NCBI RefSeq assembly: GCF_963921235.1 | Contig: NC_086097.1 | Span: 234,114,001-234,178,000 of the forward strand | Direction: 5' to 3' | Origin: Mobula hypostoma | Lineage: Eukaryota | Length of the DNA: 64,000 nt | In this document: positions 22,869 through 35,740 of the stretch, one piece after another | How positions within the stretch are numbered: position 1 is the first letter of the stretch | How the letters are laid out: each line of letters starts with the position of its first letter | The notes under the pieces: model-generated | The model's database searches: none | What the model was told of the DNA's origin: nothing | Seen by the model: the letters and a program-made list of their open reading frames with translations, nothing else | Translations under genes and position numbers: made by a program

Positions 22869-23425
22869 TTGTGTGCAGTTTTGGTCCCCTAATCTGAGGA
22901 AAGACATCTTTGCCATAGAGGGAGTACAAAGAAGGTTCACCAGATTGATTCCTGGGATGGCAGGACTTTCATATGAAGAAAGACTGGATGAACTGGGCTT
23001 GTACTCATTGGAATTTAGAAGATTGAGGGGGGATCTGATTGAAACGTATAAGATCCTAAAGGGATTGGACAGGCTGGATGCAGGAAGATTGTTCCCGATG
23101 TTGGGGAAGTCCAGAACGAGGGGTCACAGTTTGAGGATAGAGGGGAAGCCTTTTAGGACCGAGATTAGGAAAAACTTCTTCACACAGAGAGTGGTGAATC
23201 TGTGGAATTCTCTGCCACGGGAAACTGTTGAGGCCAGTTCATTGGCTATGTTTAAGAGGGAGTTAGATATGACCCTTGTGGCTACAGGGGTCAGGGGGTA
23301 TGGAGGGAAGGCTGGAGCGGGGTTCTGAGTTGGATGATCAGCCATGATCATAATAAATGGCGGTGCAGGCTCGAAGGGCCGAATGGCCTACTCCTGCACC
23401 TATTTTCTATGTTTCTATGTTTCTA
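22869..23425 (+). mobile_element. CR1 LINE 3' fragment, young subfamily
   Basis: Uninterrupted 151 aa ORF2 C-terminus, nearly identical to 56146-56700 and 43418-43722. Confidence 0.93.
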
Positions 23426-23429
23426 CAGT

Positions 23430-23690
23430 GTGGTGTAAGCTCTGCCAGCCTTTCAAACCACACTGCCCAGCAATCCCCCAATTTAAACTTAGCCTAATCA
23501 CAAGACAATTTACAATGATCAATTAACTTACCAATCGGTATGTCTTTGGACTGTGGGAAGAAACTGGAGCACCTGGAGGTTTATATGTTCTCCTCATCAT
23601 ACAAACTCTTCAGAGGCATCAGCAGGAATTGAACCTGGGTCACCTGGACTGTAAAGTGTTGCGTTGACCGCTGCATTACTGCGCCATCCT
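23430..23690 (-). mobile_element. V-SINE-like element
   Basis: Antisense TCTTTGGACTGTGGGAAGAAACTGGAGCACC core and GGAATTGAACC B-box. Confidence 0.6.
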
Positions 23691-23979
23691 AGCAGACATC
23701 ATTGTGGAGACACTCTCAATAGAGGCTCCCAACCCCGAAGCTGCATCACATTTTACACAGAAGGTGATTCAATATCATTTCAATACCTACAATAACATTG
23801 TTTACTTCAATATTTTGGGTTGACAAACAGCTCCTTTGGAATGCCGTGGAAACACAATGTAAGAGAGATAATCCTGAGCATAACCTTGTGGGAATGCCTG
23901 TCTCTATTCTTTGTAAATTATAAATATAGTTAACTCATCCTTTGGCCAGGAACAGGTTTGCTATTACAATGGTTAGTGC

Positions 23980-24262
23980 AGCACTGTGGCGCCATGATAG
24001 CACAACGCTTTGTAGTACCGGTGAAACGGGTTCATGTCCCACTGCTGCCTGTAAGGAGCTTGTATGTTTTCCCCATGAACATGTGGGTTTACTCCCGGTG
24101 CTCTGGTTTCCTCCCACACTCCAACAAGGTACTGGATAGTAGGTTAATTGGCCATTGTAAATTCTCCCGTGATTAGGCTAGGTTTAAATCAGGGGATCGC
24201 AGGGCGATGTGGCTCGAGGGGCTGAAGGACTGAATCCACACTGTATCTCAGTAAATAAACAA
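23980..24262 (+). mobile_element. V-SINE-like element
   Basis: GGGTTCATGTCC B-box-like motif, TGTATGTTTTCCCC..GGTTTCCTCCCACACTCCAA core and a CR1-like tail. Confidence 0.65.
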
Positions 24263-25151
24263 AATTGATACATATATTGCTGGGACCACCCCCACCCGCT
24301 TCGCCCACAGATATTTTATGACATAAATTCCAGGTCAGTCCAAATCAGTGACAGATGCTCAAATATTAAAGATTACAATATTAGTTTTATTGGTCACATC
24401 TACATCAAAACCCCTAGGTGCAGCAGATTAGGCTGAATAACTTGATCAAGGTATCTTATCATTCTGATACTGTGATTCAGCTGGTATCCCTTCACCACCC
24501 ACTGCTTGACTACTGAACATCTATAGTGAATACTACTGGAGAGCATGAAAATTCATTGACCTAAATCCAGACTGTGCTTCCTTTCTGAAGAGACCTTGCC
24601 TGACCCACTGTATAATCCATAAAATTTCTATTTCAGATTCCCACAGCCTGCAGTATTTTGCTTTTGTTACTGGTCAGAATGCCAGAAATGATTGACAGAA
24701 ATACATTTAGCCTGATTCTTCTGCTTTGTTTATGTTGGAAATGTGCCCTGACAAGTATCGTGGTACTCCACAGCTTAGACAATATCAGGCAAGTATTGTT
24801 TCACAATAATTTAAGCACCATTAAGTTTCTCTATGATGCGTATGGATAACTAATTAACAAAGCATGAAATGGTCATGAAGACCATAATGCTACAATACAT
24901 TAGAGCAGAACTAAGTGATACTTGGTGCTTGCAACAAGGCTCCCGAGCTCTTCTGCGGCAGAATATTTCACATTTGTGGAGGCCTTGAATAGAATGCGGA
25001 GGAGTTAAACCAGAACGTTGTCTGGATTGGAATGTATTTTACAAGGATTCGACAGTAATTCATAGAAAAAAACCATAGAAAACCTATGGCACAATACAGG
25101 CCCTTCGGCCCACAAAGCTGTGCCGAATTCTATAATTCTTTAAGTACTCAC

Positions 25152-28100
25152 TGTTATGAACTGCTCCCAATCGCGCCAGCTTCTGGGATTTAGACTCCCT
25201 AACTGTCTGGAGTATGGATAGCTGGCACCACGCCTTTAACGGTTCAGGATGGTCCCGCTAATTGGCAATCATGTTTTGGGCTCCAAGAATTGAGTATTTA
25301 AAGAGCGCCTGAACCGAGGCTCGGTGCTCAATCATAATCCTAACTAGTGATATCGTCTAGCCTTTGTTTTGTGCTAAGCTCTCGATCCAGTTTGATACTG
25401 TGTCTTGATCTTTGCTTCAGATACTTCAGCATCTGGGTTCAAACCATCCTCGTCAAGGACTCTTGTCACAGTACAATTGAGCCTACATAGATCCTGCAGG
25501 GTATCAGAGTCTCTTGGCTGCTGAACCCAGCCACAGCAACAGGATTTCCAGTCACAGCCTGCAGATACATGACCTTCAGGCTGCCATGTACCAGTTATCA
25601 CAAAGAGGAGGCCAGAGTTGCTTGCGTGAGGCTGTTGCTTGCTCTGTGGAGCCAGTACATCTTCTGACCCTGGAGAGATTCGATGGAGATGTGGTCCTTG
25701 GCATGGCTTCCTACTCAATGCTCATTAGTGTTTCAACTCCAGCTGACCCGGTTCCCTTCGGAGTGCGGACAAGTGGTCTTCATTATCTCTCCCCTGGCCT
25801 GGGCCGCTGCGTATTGGGATGTAGGTCAGAGATTTGCTCAGATTCAGAGGAATTCATGGCCACCATGAGGGTGCCAGCTGAGCCTCAGACTGCCTGATGA
25901 AAATTCGACAGGACGGATGTTCAGTGGCCGACTATGCAGTCGAATTTCAGACCTTGGCCCAAGAGAGTGGTTGGAACAGGGAGGCTTTGGCCACTCTAGG
26001 CTGTCACGGACTCCAGGACAAGCTAAAGCATGTCCGCACCTTGACAGCGTCAACAGGGGACTTAAAAGTTTTCATTGACCAGTCCATCCACCTTGACAAT
26101 CATATGGCAGAGCATAAGAGTGGCTATAATTATGAGGGCTAGCCCAAGCCTGGCCCCAATCCATTGTGGTTCCACCCCTCGGCCTCAGACCATGACCAGC
26201 CTATCTCCTGCTTGGGACTCTATCGAGCTCATGCAGATTGGTTACATGAGGCACTCCGCCAATGAGAGGTCCTCTTGTCAGAATCAAAGGTGCTGCTATT
26301 ACTGCAGGGAAGCTGGTCACCTGGGAGCCAAACATCCAAAGCTGAAGCTGACTAGGGAACTGCTAAGACTGTGATGGTAGCAGCCACTACTCCCAATCCC
26401 TCAGATTCTGGTTTCATACTGAAAATAGAGTTAACCTGGGGTAAGAACTTAAGGCAGGTGAGGGCTTTTGTGGACCTGGGGCAGCAGGTAATTTTCTGGA
26501 CTTAGAAGCTGTCCACCGGCTCAACACAACACTGCAAGAGTTGAGCCAGTTCATGCTTACAATGGTCTTGGATGGCCTCCCGCTAGGTTCGGGGCAAATC
26601 CAGCAGCAGACTGTGGGTTGCAGATCCTCGTGTGGAAGACATTAGTTTCTACATCATTGACTCAACACTCCTACCCTTGATCCTCGTGCACCCTTGGCTG
26701 TCCCAGCATAACCCATATGTGAACTGGAGGGAGGGAGAATCATTATTTGGTCCAGTTATTGTAAGAGGGTACGTTTGTGATGTGGTCTTCTAACCTCTAG
26801 ACTCTGCTGAGGGCCATGACCAGCAAGGGGCAGATTTCAGTACAAGGTGGCCCGAAGCCTAAGGGATCCAGCCACCAGTTCCCGACTAAGGAGAAGCCTT
26901 CTAAACATAGACACTTGGAACTTGTTCCTGAGGGTGCAAGAGCCATTTGTGACACCTCGTTGCAGTTGCCTGAGGAGATGACAGAGTCCAGTGAGTCTAG
27001 GAATGAGAATCGGGAGATCGGCTGAACCATCCCTGCCACCTAAGAAGCCTCAGGAGTCATCCTTGAAGGAGCGTTCAGAAGAATTTGCAACATCCAGGCT
27101 GGTTGAAATACCTGTAGTATACAAGGACTTGGAAGAGGTCTTCCAGCAAAGGAAATCCTTGATTCTTCCACCACAGCAACCGTACAACTGCGCTATTGAT
27201 CTTCTGCCTGGAACTTGTCCTCCACGTGGTTGATTGTACGTGCTCTCAGGTCCAGGGAGAAGCTCAATGCAAGAATATACGAAGGAGGCTCTTGCTATGG
27301 GATTTATCAGCCGTCTAGCCACCAGCCGGTGCAGGCTTCTTCTTTGTACAAAAAAAAAAGGATGAGTGCCTGTGGCCATGTATTGATTATAGAGGATTAA
27401 ACCACAAGGATCATTACCCACTTCCACTCATAAATACCGCTTTCAAGATTCTCCAAGGGGCAATGTATTCACTAAACTACAGAGTGCGTGCAATCTGGTC
27501 CGTACAAGGGAAGGTGATGAGTGGAAAACTGCATTCAATACACTGACAGGGCACTACAGGTACCTGGTTATGCTCTTTGGCATTGTGAACACTCCAGCAG
27601 TTTTTCAGACCTTTCTTTATTAACAACGTGCTCTGGGATACTCTCCATAAGTATGCCATTGTCTACTTAGATGTTATCCCAATCTCAAAGTCCATCGAGG
27701 AGTATGTCGCTCATGTCAGGGACATTTTAAAGAGGCTCCTCAACTAAATTGGAGGTCCAAATTTCATGTGACGACTGTTTTATTTTTGGGTTTCATCACC
27801 TCCAATGGCAATCTCAAGATGGACCCTACGAAGACCCAGGCCCAAAACGTCGACTATACTTTTTTTCCATAGAGGCTGCCTGGCCTGCCGAGTTCCTCCA
27901 GCATTGTGTGTGCGTGTTGCTCGAATTTCCAGCATTTGCAGATCTACACTTGTTTGCCACAAGAATCTGGCTTTTATTCAGGAGGCCAAGAAGCTGAATT
28001 CCAGGCAGGCCAAGTGCTCTTTAATTTCATCTTGACCTATTGACAAGGGTCAAAGAACCAGAAGCCCGATGCCTTGTCTCATCAGTTATCAGTTTGATGA

Positions 28101-29854
28101 ACTGGAACAAGAGGAGCAGCCTACCACCATTTTGCCTCAAGCCAAAATGGTAGCACCAATTTATTGGGGAATCAATGCTCTTGTTCACAAGGCCCAAGCA
28201 CAAGGGGAGGTTCCTAAGAACGATCCTCTGGATTGGCTACTTGTCCCAAGTTCTGTCCCCTGCTCTTCAATGGGGACCTTCATTGAGAATGACTGCTCAC
28301 CTAAGGATTGCCTGGACCCTCAAATTTACCAAGAGGTGGTATTGGTGGCCCAGAATGATGAAGGAGGTTCTGCAGTACATGCAGGAGCCAGGAGCAAGGA
28401 GCCCCTTACCTGACCTCAAGGGCTACTCCACCCCCTACCTGTTTTGGAAAGACCATGGGCATACACCTCCATGGACTTTTTCACAGGTTTTCCACCATCC
28501 AAATGGAAGGCTGTTATCTTAGTAATTGCTGATCTCTTTTCAAAAGCCTGCAAGTTCATTGCCTTGAAGAAGCTGCCAGCTGCGGCAGAGATAGCTGAAA
28601 TTGTCCTGGACCAGGTCTTCAGGACCCATGGATTCCCAGTGGACATTAATTCAGATCGTAGTCCACAATTCACATCACATTTCTAGAGGGTGTTTTGTAA
28701 GCTGATTGGGGCAACAGTCAGTTTTTCATCTGGATTACACTTACAGACCAATGGCCAGAATGAATGGACCAACCAAGATTTACAACATACCCTAAGATTT
28801 CTGGCCTCAGAAAGACCTGACGAATGGTGCAACCATTTGATGTGGGGAGAGGTCGCTCACAACACCTTACAGCATTCAGCGCGTGGGATGTCACCTTTCA
28901 AGTGCCAATTTGCTTATCCTCTACCTCTCTTTCATAAACAGTAGGCCAAGGTTGGGGTTACTGCAGCCGAAGATCTGATCAGATGTTGCAAGCAAAAATA
29001 GAGTAGAACAAGAGATATTTGCTGGACTCTACACAGAAGGCGGAGACCCAGGCGAACTGAAGAAGACAGAGACCCACTTTGCAGCCTGGGAAACAGATCT
29101 GGCTGTCCACTCAAAGTTTGCCTCTCCAAGTAGAGTCTCAAAAGCTGGTGCCCAAGTTAATCGGATCTTTCAAAGTCCTAGGGAAAATAAACCTGGTGGT
29201 GTACGCCTTGCAGCTCCCCAAGACCCTAAGGATCAATCCCACCTTCCACATCTCTAAATTAAAACATGTCTGCACCAACCCCTTTGCCCCACCACCATCA
29301 TCCCTGCAACCACCCAGGTTTATTGATGGGGAACAGGTCCTCATGGTGAGAAGACTTTTGGACTAACAAACTAGCGTGATTGGCAATACCTCATGGATTG
29401 GGAAGGATTTCAACCTGAGGAGAGGTGCAGGGTGTCTGAAAAAGACATCTTGGATCTAGCTTTCATCCACGATTACTATCTCTGTCTCTCCAAGCAGCCA
29501 GGACCATCAGGAGTTGGCCACAGAGGGTGGGGTCCTGTTACGATATGCCTGCAACCGCGCCAGTTTCCGGGATTTAGATGCTCTAACTTTCCAGAGTATG
29601 GATAGGTGGTATGGCCAATCTAAGGGTCCAGGACAGTCCCGCTAAATGGCAATCATGGTTTGGGTGCCAAGAATTGAGTATTTAAAGGTCACCTGAACTG
29701 AGGTTCGGTGCTCAATCGTAAGTCTAACTAGTGATATCATCTAGAGTTTGTTTTGTGTTCAATCATAGATCCAATTTGATACTGTGTCTCAATCCTTGTG
29801 TTGGATGCTCCAGCATGTAGGTCCAAACCATTTTCGTCAAAGACTCTCATCAAA
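25152..29854 (+). mobile_element. Two-LTR degenerate chromoviral (Sushi-like) Gypsy retrotransposon
   Basis: 319 bp LTRs at 25152-25470 and 29536-29854, TSD CTCAC/TTCAC, PPT at 29522-29535. Gag SVADYAVEFQTLAQESGWN, zinc knuckle CYYCREAGH, protease AFVDLG, RT remnants, integrase (MDFFTGFP, SDRSPQFTS, QTNGQNE) and chromodomain YLMDWEGFQPEER. Many stops and frameshifts. Confidence 0.93.
27839..27956 (+). mobile_element. Penelope tail inserted in Gypsy pol
   Basis: GGCCCAAAACGTCGACT...CCAGCATTTGCAGAT..TGTTTG lies between the end of RT (KMDPTKTQ) and the end of RNase H (HKNLAFIQEAKKLNSRQA). Confidence 0.85.
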
Positions 29855-31086
29855 TTCACTAAAAGATGAGATTGAACAAACTTGGATAGCTTTCTGTGCA
29901 GTATCAGAGGCCAAGGAACAACTTGACAAAGATATATGAAATGATGAAAGGGATTAGATATGATAGGTAGTTGGACAGAAATTCAAATAATAGAAGCCAT
30001 AGCTTTAAGATAAGAGGGGGAAATTTTAAAAGAGATTTATTTGTAAGGTAAGTTTTCTATACAGAGAATGGTAGTTTTTTTCTCTGACCACAATAACTTG
30101 GCCATAACTATTAGATTGTGTAGTTAATACTTTCATGCAATTAATACCTCATACTTTCAAGCCACACTCCGTTCAACTAACTTATTGCTTCATTCTCCAC
30201 ATTAGATGATTATCTCTAGTCTCTGTCAAAACTTTACGATATTTGGATGATGATTTAAGTGCAGGGCCAGATTAAAAAGGTCAGGGTGTCAGGACTAGTA
30301 GGTGAGGGATGGGCCAGTTCATCTCACTGCTCCATGACATTTGCTTGGCTCTGCGTTGAACTGAGGTTGTGGCTTTGTGTCTGTGGACGGACATTCTTTT
30401 GTGGACTTCAGTTGTGAATGCCTTTTGTTTGCTTTCATTATTTTCATGATCTGTTGTTTTTTTTTCCTGTCTGTATATTGGGTATTTGATGGTCTTTTTT
30501 TGAAATGGGTCTTTTGGACTTTTTTGTTTTGTGGCTGTAAGTAGATGAATGTCAAGGTTGTCTAATGTTTTGATAATTTGATACTTTGATAATAAATGAA
30601 TTTTAAACTTTGAAACTTATAGCCACTGGACCATTTGAAATTTGGGGTGGCCCTGCCAACCTGAATACATTGTAACAAAGCTCAAAAGATTGCTTCAGTA
30701 TTAAATATATCCAATCTTTGAAGACGGTTGCAATGGAGTGCTAGATACTGGAAACAAAGTCACTTACTTCCAGTGTTATGAAGGCACATTCCCTTTAATT
30801 TAATACTGATTCAATGTGACTGCTGATATATTGTCCCAGAATTGGGTGGCAAGTAGATTATGCTAAAGGTGTGATGAAGTGTGCCTCCAAGTCATTTCCA
30901 TCCCATTCACTCCAAATAAATGAAGATCAGAAGGAAATCTCAACCATGTTTTTGCTTTGTTTTTAGGACAATGTTATCTCAGACATTAGGGAAGAAATGA
31001 AGAGAAAGAAAATGCATAATATGTGTTTATATTTCACATAGTCCAGAGGGTCAGGATATCTATGTCACACAGCTCTGGTATAATAG

Positions 31087-31871
31087 CACTGGACAAAGAG
31101 GTTTTGCTTCCTGAACAGTTTTGTGTGTATTTTATGGATTTTGGTCTGCTAATCATGAAATTTACCATGAAATTTCCCTATCACACATCATTTTTTGAAA
31201 TCACCTATATTTGCTTTTTCAATTCATAATTCGTCAAATTAATTGATGCCAAAATTAAGAAAGGCATTTTTGTTGGGCCACAAATCAAGCAGGTCATCAA
31301 TTTGAAGAACTTCTTGCAGAACTGGAGAAAATCGCATGGAAGGAACTTAAGGATGTTGTTGAAAATTTTTCTTGGCAACCATAGAGCAGCAAACTACGTG
31401 CAGCTGGTGGACACCATGCTTCAAGCATACAAAACCATGAAGTACAACGTGTCACTAAAGATCCATTTTCTGCATTCCCATTTACACTTCTTCCCTGAAA
31501 ATCTTGGCGCTGTTGGGAACGAGCATGGTGAAAGGTTTCACCAGAATATTGCTGTCATAGAGAAATGGAATCAGGGCAACTGGAATCCATCAATGCTGGA
31601 TGATTATTGTAGGACACTTAAGTGAGGAGCATCAGACAAATGAAAATCATCACAGAACATTTTTAGCTTAGGTAGTTGAACTATTGTAAAGCGTCAACAC
31701 CATTACGCATTTAATTGCATTATATTCAATAAAAGTCAACTTCCTGTTTCTCCAAATTCCTACATGATACAACTAGTCTGAAATTTTACTTGTGTTCATC
31801 TTCATGTGGTGCATCATATATAAAAAAAATTCTGAGGGATCAACACTTTTGAAGAAAATTGTTGTCCAGTG
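31087..31871 (+). mobile_element. Internally deleted DNA transposon with transposase C-terminal remnant (family I recall as Tc1/mariner ISRm11-class in repeat libraries)
   Basis: TIR CACTGGACAA / TTGTCCAGTG followed by TA. Translation includes DAKIKKGIFVGPQIK and SLKIHFLHSHLHFFPENLGAVGNEHGERFHQ..MLDDYC. Confidence 0.75.
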
Positions 31872-32429
31872 TAGTCTGAGCAACATATTAAGTAATGATT
31901 ACTATCAAGATCCACTGTGAAATGTGTGTTAATGATCTTACCTTCATAATTTTCTCTAACTTACAATATTCTAGCTCAAATTTTGATGGTAAATTCCCAT
32001 GCTTCTGAATAAAACTGCTAGGATTAAACTGTTTCAATGCAAGAAGGTCCAATACTTCCATATATGTACATTGGAAGCCTGTTCTTACTCACCATTACTT
32101 TATGGGCATGGCTCAGTAATTTCAATTTACAATGAGGAAATTGGTTTATGGATTGGAGATGTGACGCCACTCATTTTAAAAAAGAGGCTGTCAGGATGCA
32201 GGGAAGAAAGTCAAGGATAGAGCATTTAAAATTTTTTTTCACTATTTGATTTAAATTTTTTGTTATTTAGAAAGTTGTTTTGTTGTTTTCTTTAACTTTT
32301 TGAACCATATTTAATAATTCCGCTGTCAGTTTTGCATTCTGAAAGGTTTCTGAATGTCAGATGTGCAGATACATTTAAAGTCTCCAACAGGTGGTGAAGC
32401 TGGAAGCAATATTTTACCATCAAAGGACA

Positions 32430-35340
32430 TTAAGAACATAAAAACGGAGAAAATTGCACCACAAGAACAAGCCCTTCAACCTATAATGTTGTGCCAAACC
32501 AAATAAGCTTGTAATCAAATAGCCAACTAAACTAATTAGTTCTGCCTTGTCAATGTCCATAAACTTCAATTTCCCTCAGATTCATGAGCCTATCTAAATT
32601 TATCTTAAAAATCCCTAATTTATCTGCCTCTATCACCAGCCCAGGCAACACATTCTAAACACCCAACACTTGTCCCTCACATCTCCTTTGAACTTAACCC
32701 CTCTGGTATTTGCTATTTCAATCCGGGGAAAAAGATACTGTCTGTAAACCCTGTTTATGCCTCTCATAGGCATATAAACCTCCATCAGATCTCCCCTTCG
32801 CCTCCACTACACTGAGAAAACTGCCCAAGATTGTCCCATCTCTCGTTATAGCATATGATCTCTAATCCAGGCAGCATCCTGATAAACCTCCTCTGCACCA
32901 TCTCCAAAGCCTCTATCATGAGATATCCAAAACTATGTGCAATACCCAAGATGCAGCCTGACTAGAGTTTCATAAAGCTACAACATAACCTCCTGGCTCT
33001 TGAACTCAGTGCCTGTACTAATAAAGGTAAGTTTGCTATATGCCTTCCTAATCACTCTACCAACCTATGTGGCTTCTTTCATGGGGTTATGAACTTGGAC
33101 CCCAAGATTTTTCTGCTCATCAACACTGTTAAGGGTTTTGGCCATAACAATGTACTTTCTCTTTACATTTGACCTATCAAAGTGCAACACTTCACATTTG
33201 GCCGGGTTAAACTCCATCAGCCATTTCTCCGCCCATATCTGCAACTGATCTATATCCCACTGTACTCTTTGTCAATCTTCTACACTATCCATAATACCAC
33301 AGATCTTCATATCATTGGTAAACTAACTAACCCCTCACCTAGTAAGGTCATTTACAGTATGTGCATCACAAACAGCTGAGGTCCCAGGGCAGATCCCCAT
33401 GGGACACCATTAATCACAGACCACTAGATAGAATAAGTCCCTCTGACAACTAACTCTGACTAAGCACATTGATGAATGTAGAGTCCTAGATGTAGTGTAT
33501 ATGGATTTTAGCAAGGCATTTGATAAGGTTCCCCCCTGCAAGGCTTATTGAGAAAATAAGGAGGCATGGGATCCAAGGGGACATTGCTTTCTGGATCTAG
33601 AACTGGCTTGCCCACAAAAGGCAAAGAGTGGTTGTAGACAGGTCATATTCTGCATGGAGGCCAGTGGCCAGTGGTGTGCCTTAGTGATCTGTCCTGGGAC
33701 CCCTACGCTTTGTGATTTTTATAAATGACCTGGATGAGGAAGTGGAGGGATGGGTTAGTAAATTTGCTGATGACACAAAGGTTGGGAGTGTTATGGATAG
33801 TGTAGAGGGCTGTCAGATGTTACGACGGGACATTGATAGGATGCAAAACTGGGCTGAGAAGTGGCAGGTGGAGTTCAAACCAGATAAGTGTGGGGTGGTT
33901 CATTTTGTTAGGTCAAATGTGATGGCAGAATATAGCATTAATGGTAAGACTCTTGGCAGTGTGGAGGATCAGAGGGATCTGGGGTCTGAGTCCATAGGAC
34001 ATTCAAAGCTGCTACGCAGATTGACTCTGTGGTTAAGAAGGCATACGGTGCATTGACCTTCATCAATCGTGGGATTGAATTTAAGAGCTGAGAGGTAATG
34101 TTGCAGCTATATAAGACCCTGGTCAGACCCCACTTGGAGTACTGTGCTCAGTTCTGGTCGCCTCACTATAGGAAGGACGTGGAAGCCATAGAAAGGGTGC
34201 AGCGGAGATTTACAAGGATGTTGCCTGGATTGGGGAGCATGCCTTATGAGAATAGGTTGAGTGAACTCGACCTTTTCTCCTTGGAGCAACAGAGGATGAA
34301 AGGTGAGAGGTGTACAAGATAATGAGAGGCATTGATCGTATGAATAGTCAGAGGCTTTTCCCCAGGGCTGAATTGTCTAGCATGAGAGGGCATGGTTTTA
34401 AGGTGCTTGGAAGTTGGTACAGAGGTGATGTCAGGGGTAAGTTTTTTACGCAGATATTGGTGAGTGCATGGAATGGGCTGCCGACGGTGATGGTGGAGGC
34501 AGAAATGATAGGGTCTTTTAAGAGACTCCTGGATGGCTACATGGAGCTTAGAACAATAGAGGGCTATGAGTAAAGCCTAGGTAGTTCTAAGGTAAGGACA
34601 TGTTCAGCACAGCTTTGTGGGCCGAAGGGCCTGTATTGTGCTGTATGCTTTTTATGTTTCTATGTTTCTGTCTTCTATGGGCAAGCCAGTCTTCAATCCA
34701 AGCAACCTATTTAGTATGGATCCCATGCATCTTAACATTCTGGATGAGACTCCTATAAGAGACCTTGTAAAGTGCCTTCCAAAATCTCTGCGGTGCAAAA
34801 TCCAGAGCTGTAGCTCTATCAATCATTCTCATCATCTTGTCAAAAAAATCAAGTTAATAAGACATGACCTGCCATGCACAAAGGCATGCTGGCTCTCCTA
34901 ATTAGGCCATGAGTTTCCAAATGCTCATAAATCCTTTTATAAGATCTCTCTCCAGTAACTTTCCTAACTGATGTAAGAATCACCATTCTAAAGTTTCCGG
35001 GATTATTCCTGATTCCCTTCTTGAATAATGGAACAACATTAGTTACTCTCCAGTCCTTCAGTTCCTCACCTGTGGCTAGAGAGAATAAAGATATTGACAA
35101 TATATTGACAAAGTTACTGGTCAAGGCCCCATTAATGTCTTCTCTTGTCTCTCTCAATAACTTGAGGTTTTTCCCATCAGGCCTTCAGGACTTATCCACC
35201 TTTTTAGGAGACACAGCACTACGTTCTCCTTTACTTCAAAAAGCCCTAGCATATCAATACGCTTGGACTTGATCTCCCTATCCTATCCTTAGTAAACACT
35301 GATGTAAAGTACTTGTTGGCCCCTCTCCCACATTCAGGCA
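32430..35340 (-). mobile_element. Older CR1 LINE, split by a younger CR1
   Basis: 3' tail at 32430; antisense RT continues across the 33459-34668 insertion (DWRVTNVVPLFKKG..NPGNF at 34849-35157). Confidence 0.82.
33459..34668 (+). mobile_element. CR1 LINE, 5'-truncated
   Basis: YMDFSKAFDKV, SKFADDTK, LVRPHLEYCAQFWSP and a (TTTCTATG)n tail. Confidence 0.92.
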
Positions 35341-35740
35341 AATGTTTCCCCCATTATTACACTTGCTTGTTAACGTCTTGATCTTGATTTATGAAGGGAT
35401 TTAGTGGATACACATTTTCCATTATTTCTCAAAGGACTTTCCACTGATTCAGTGACACTTCTGATTCCATGTAAGATGTGGGGAGATTATAGACAGCAAC
35501 TACTGATGGTGGTCCCATGCAAGCAAAGTCTGGGCTAATATTTATGCTAGAAAGTATCACTGCATCAAAGTTGTTTGAACGTTGCCACATTAGGTGATCA
35601 GCTTGGCTTTAATGCTTTAGAGTGTCAAAATGTTGTTACTTCTGAACCCTAATGCCCTCAATAAAATAAGAGAGTAATTAAAAAATAGTCACAGTTAATC
35701 AAAGCTGATGTGCAAAATCATGATGATGTGATCAACAAAT

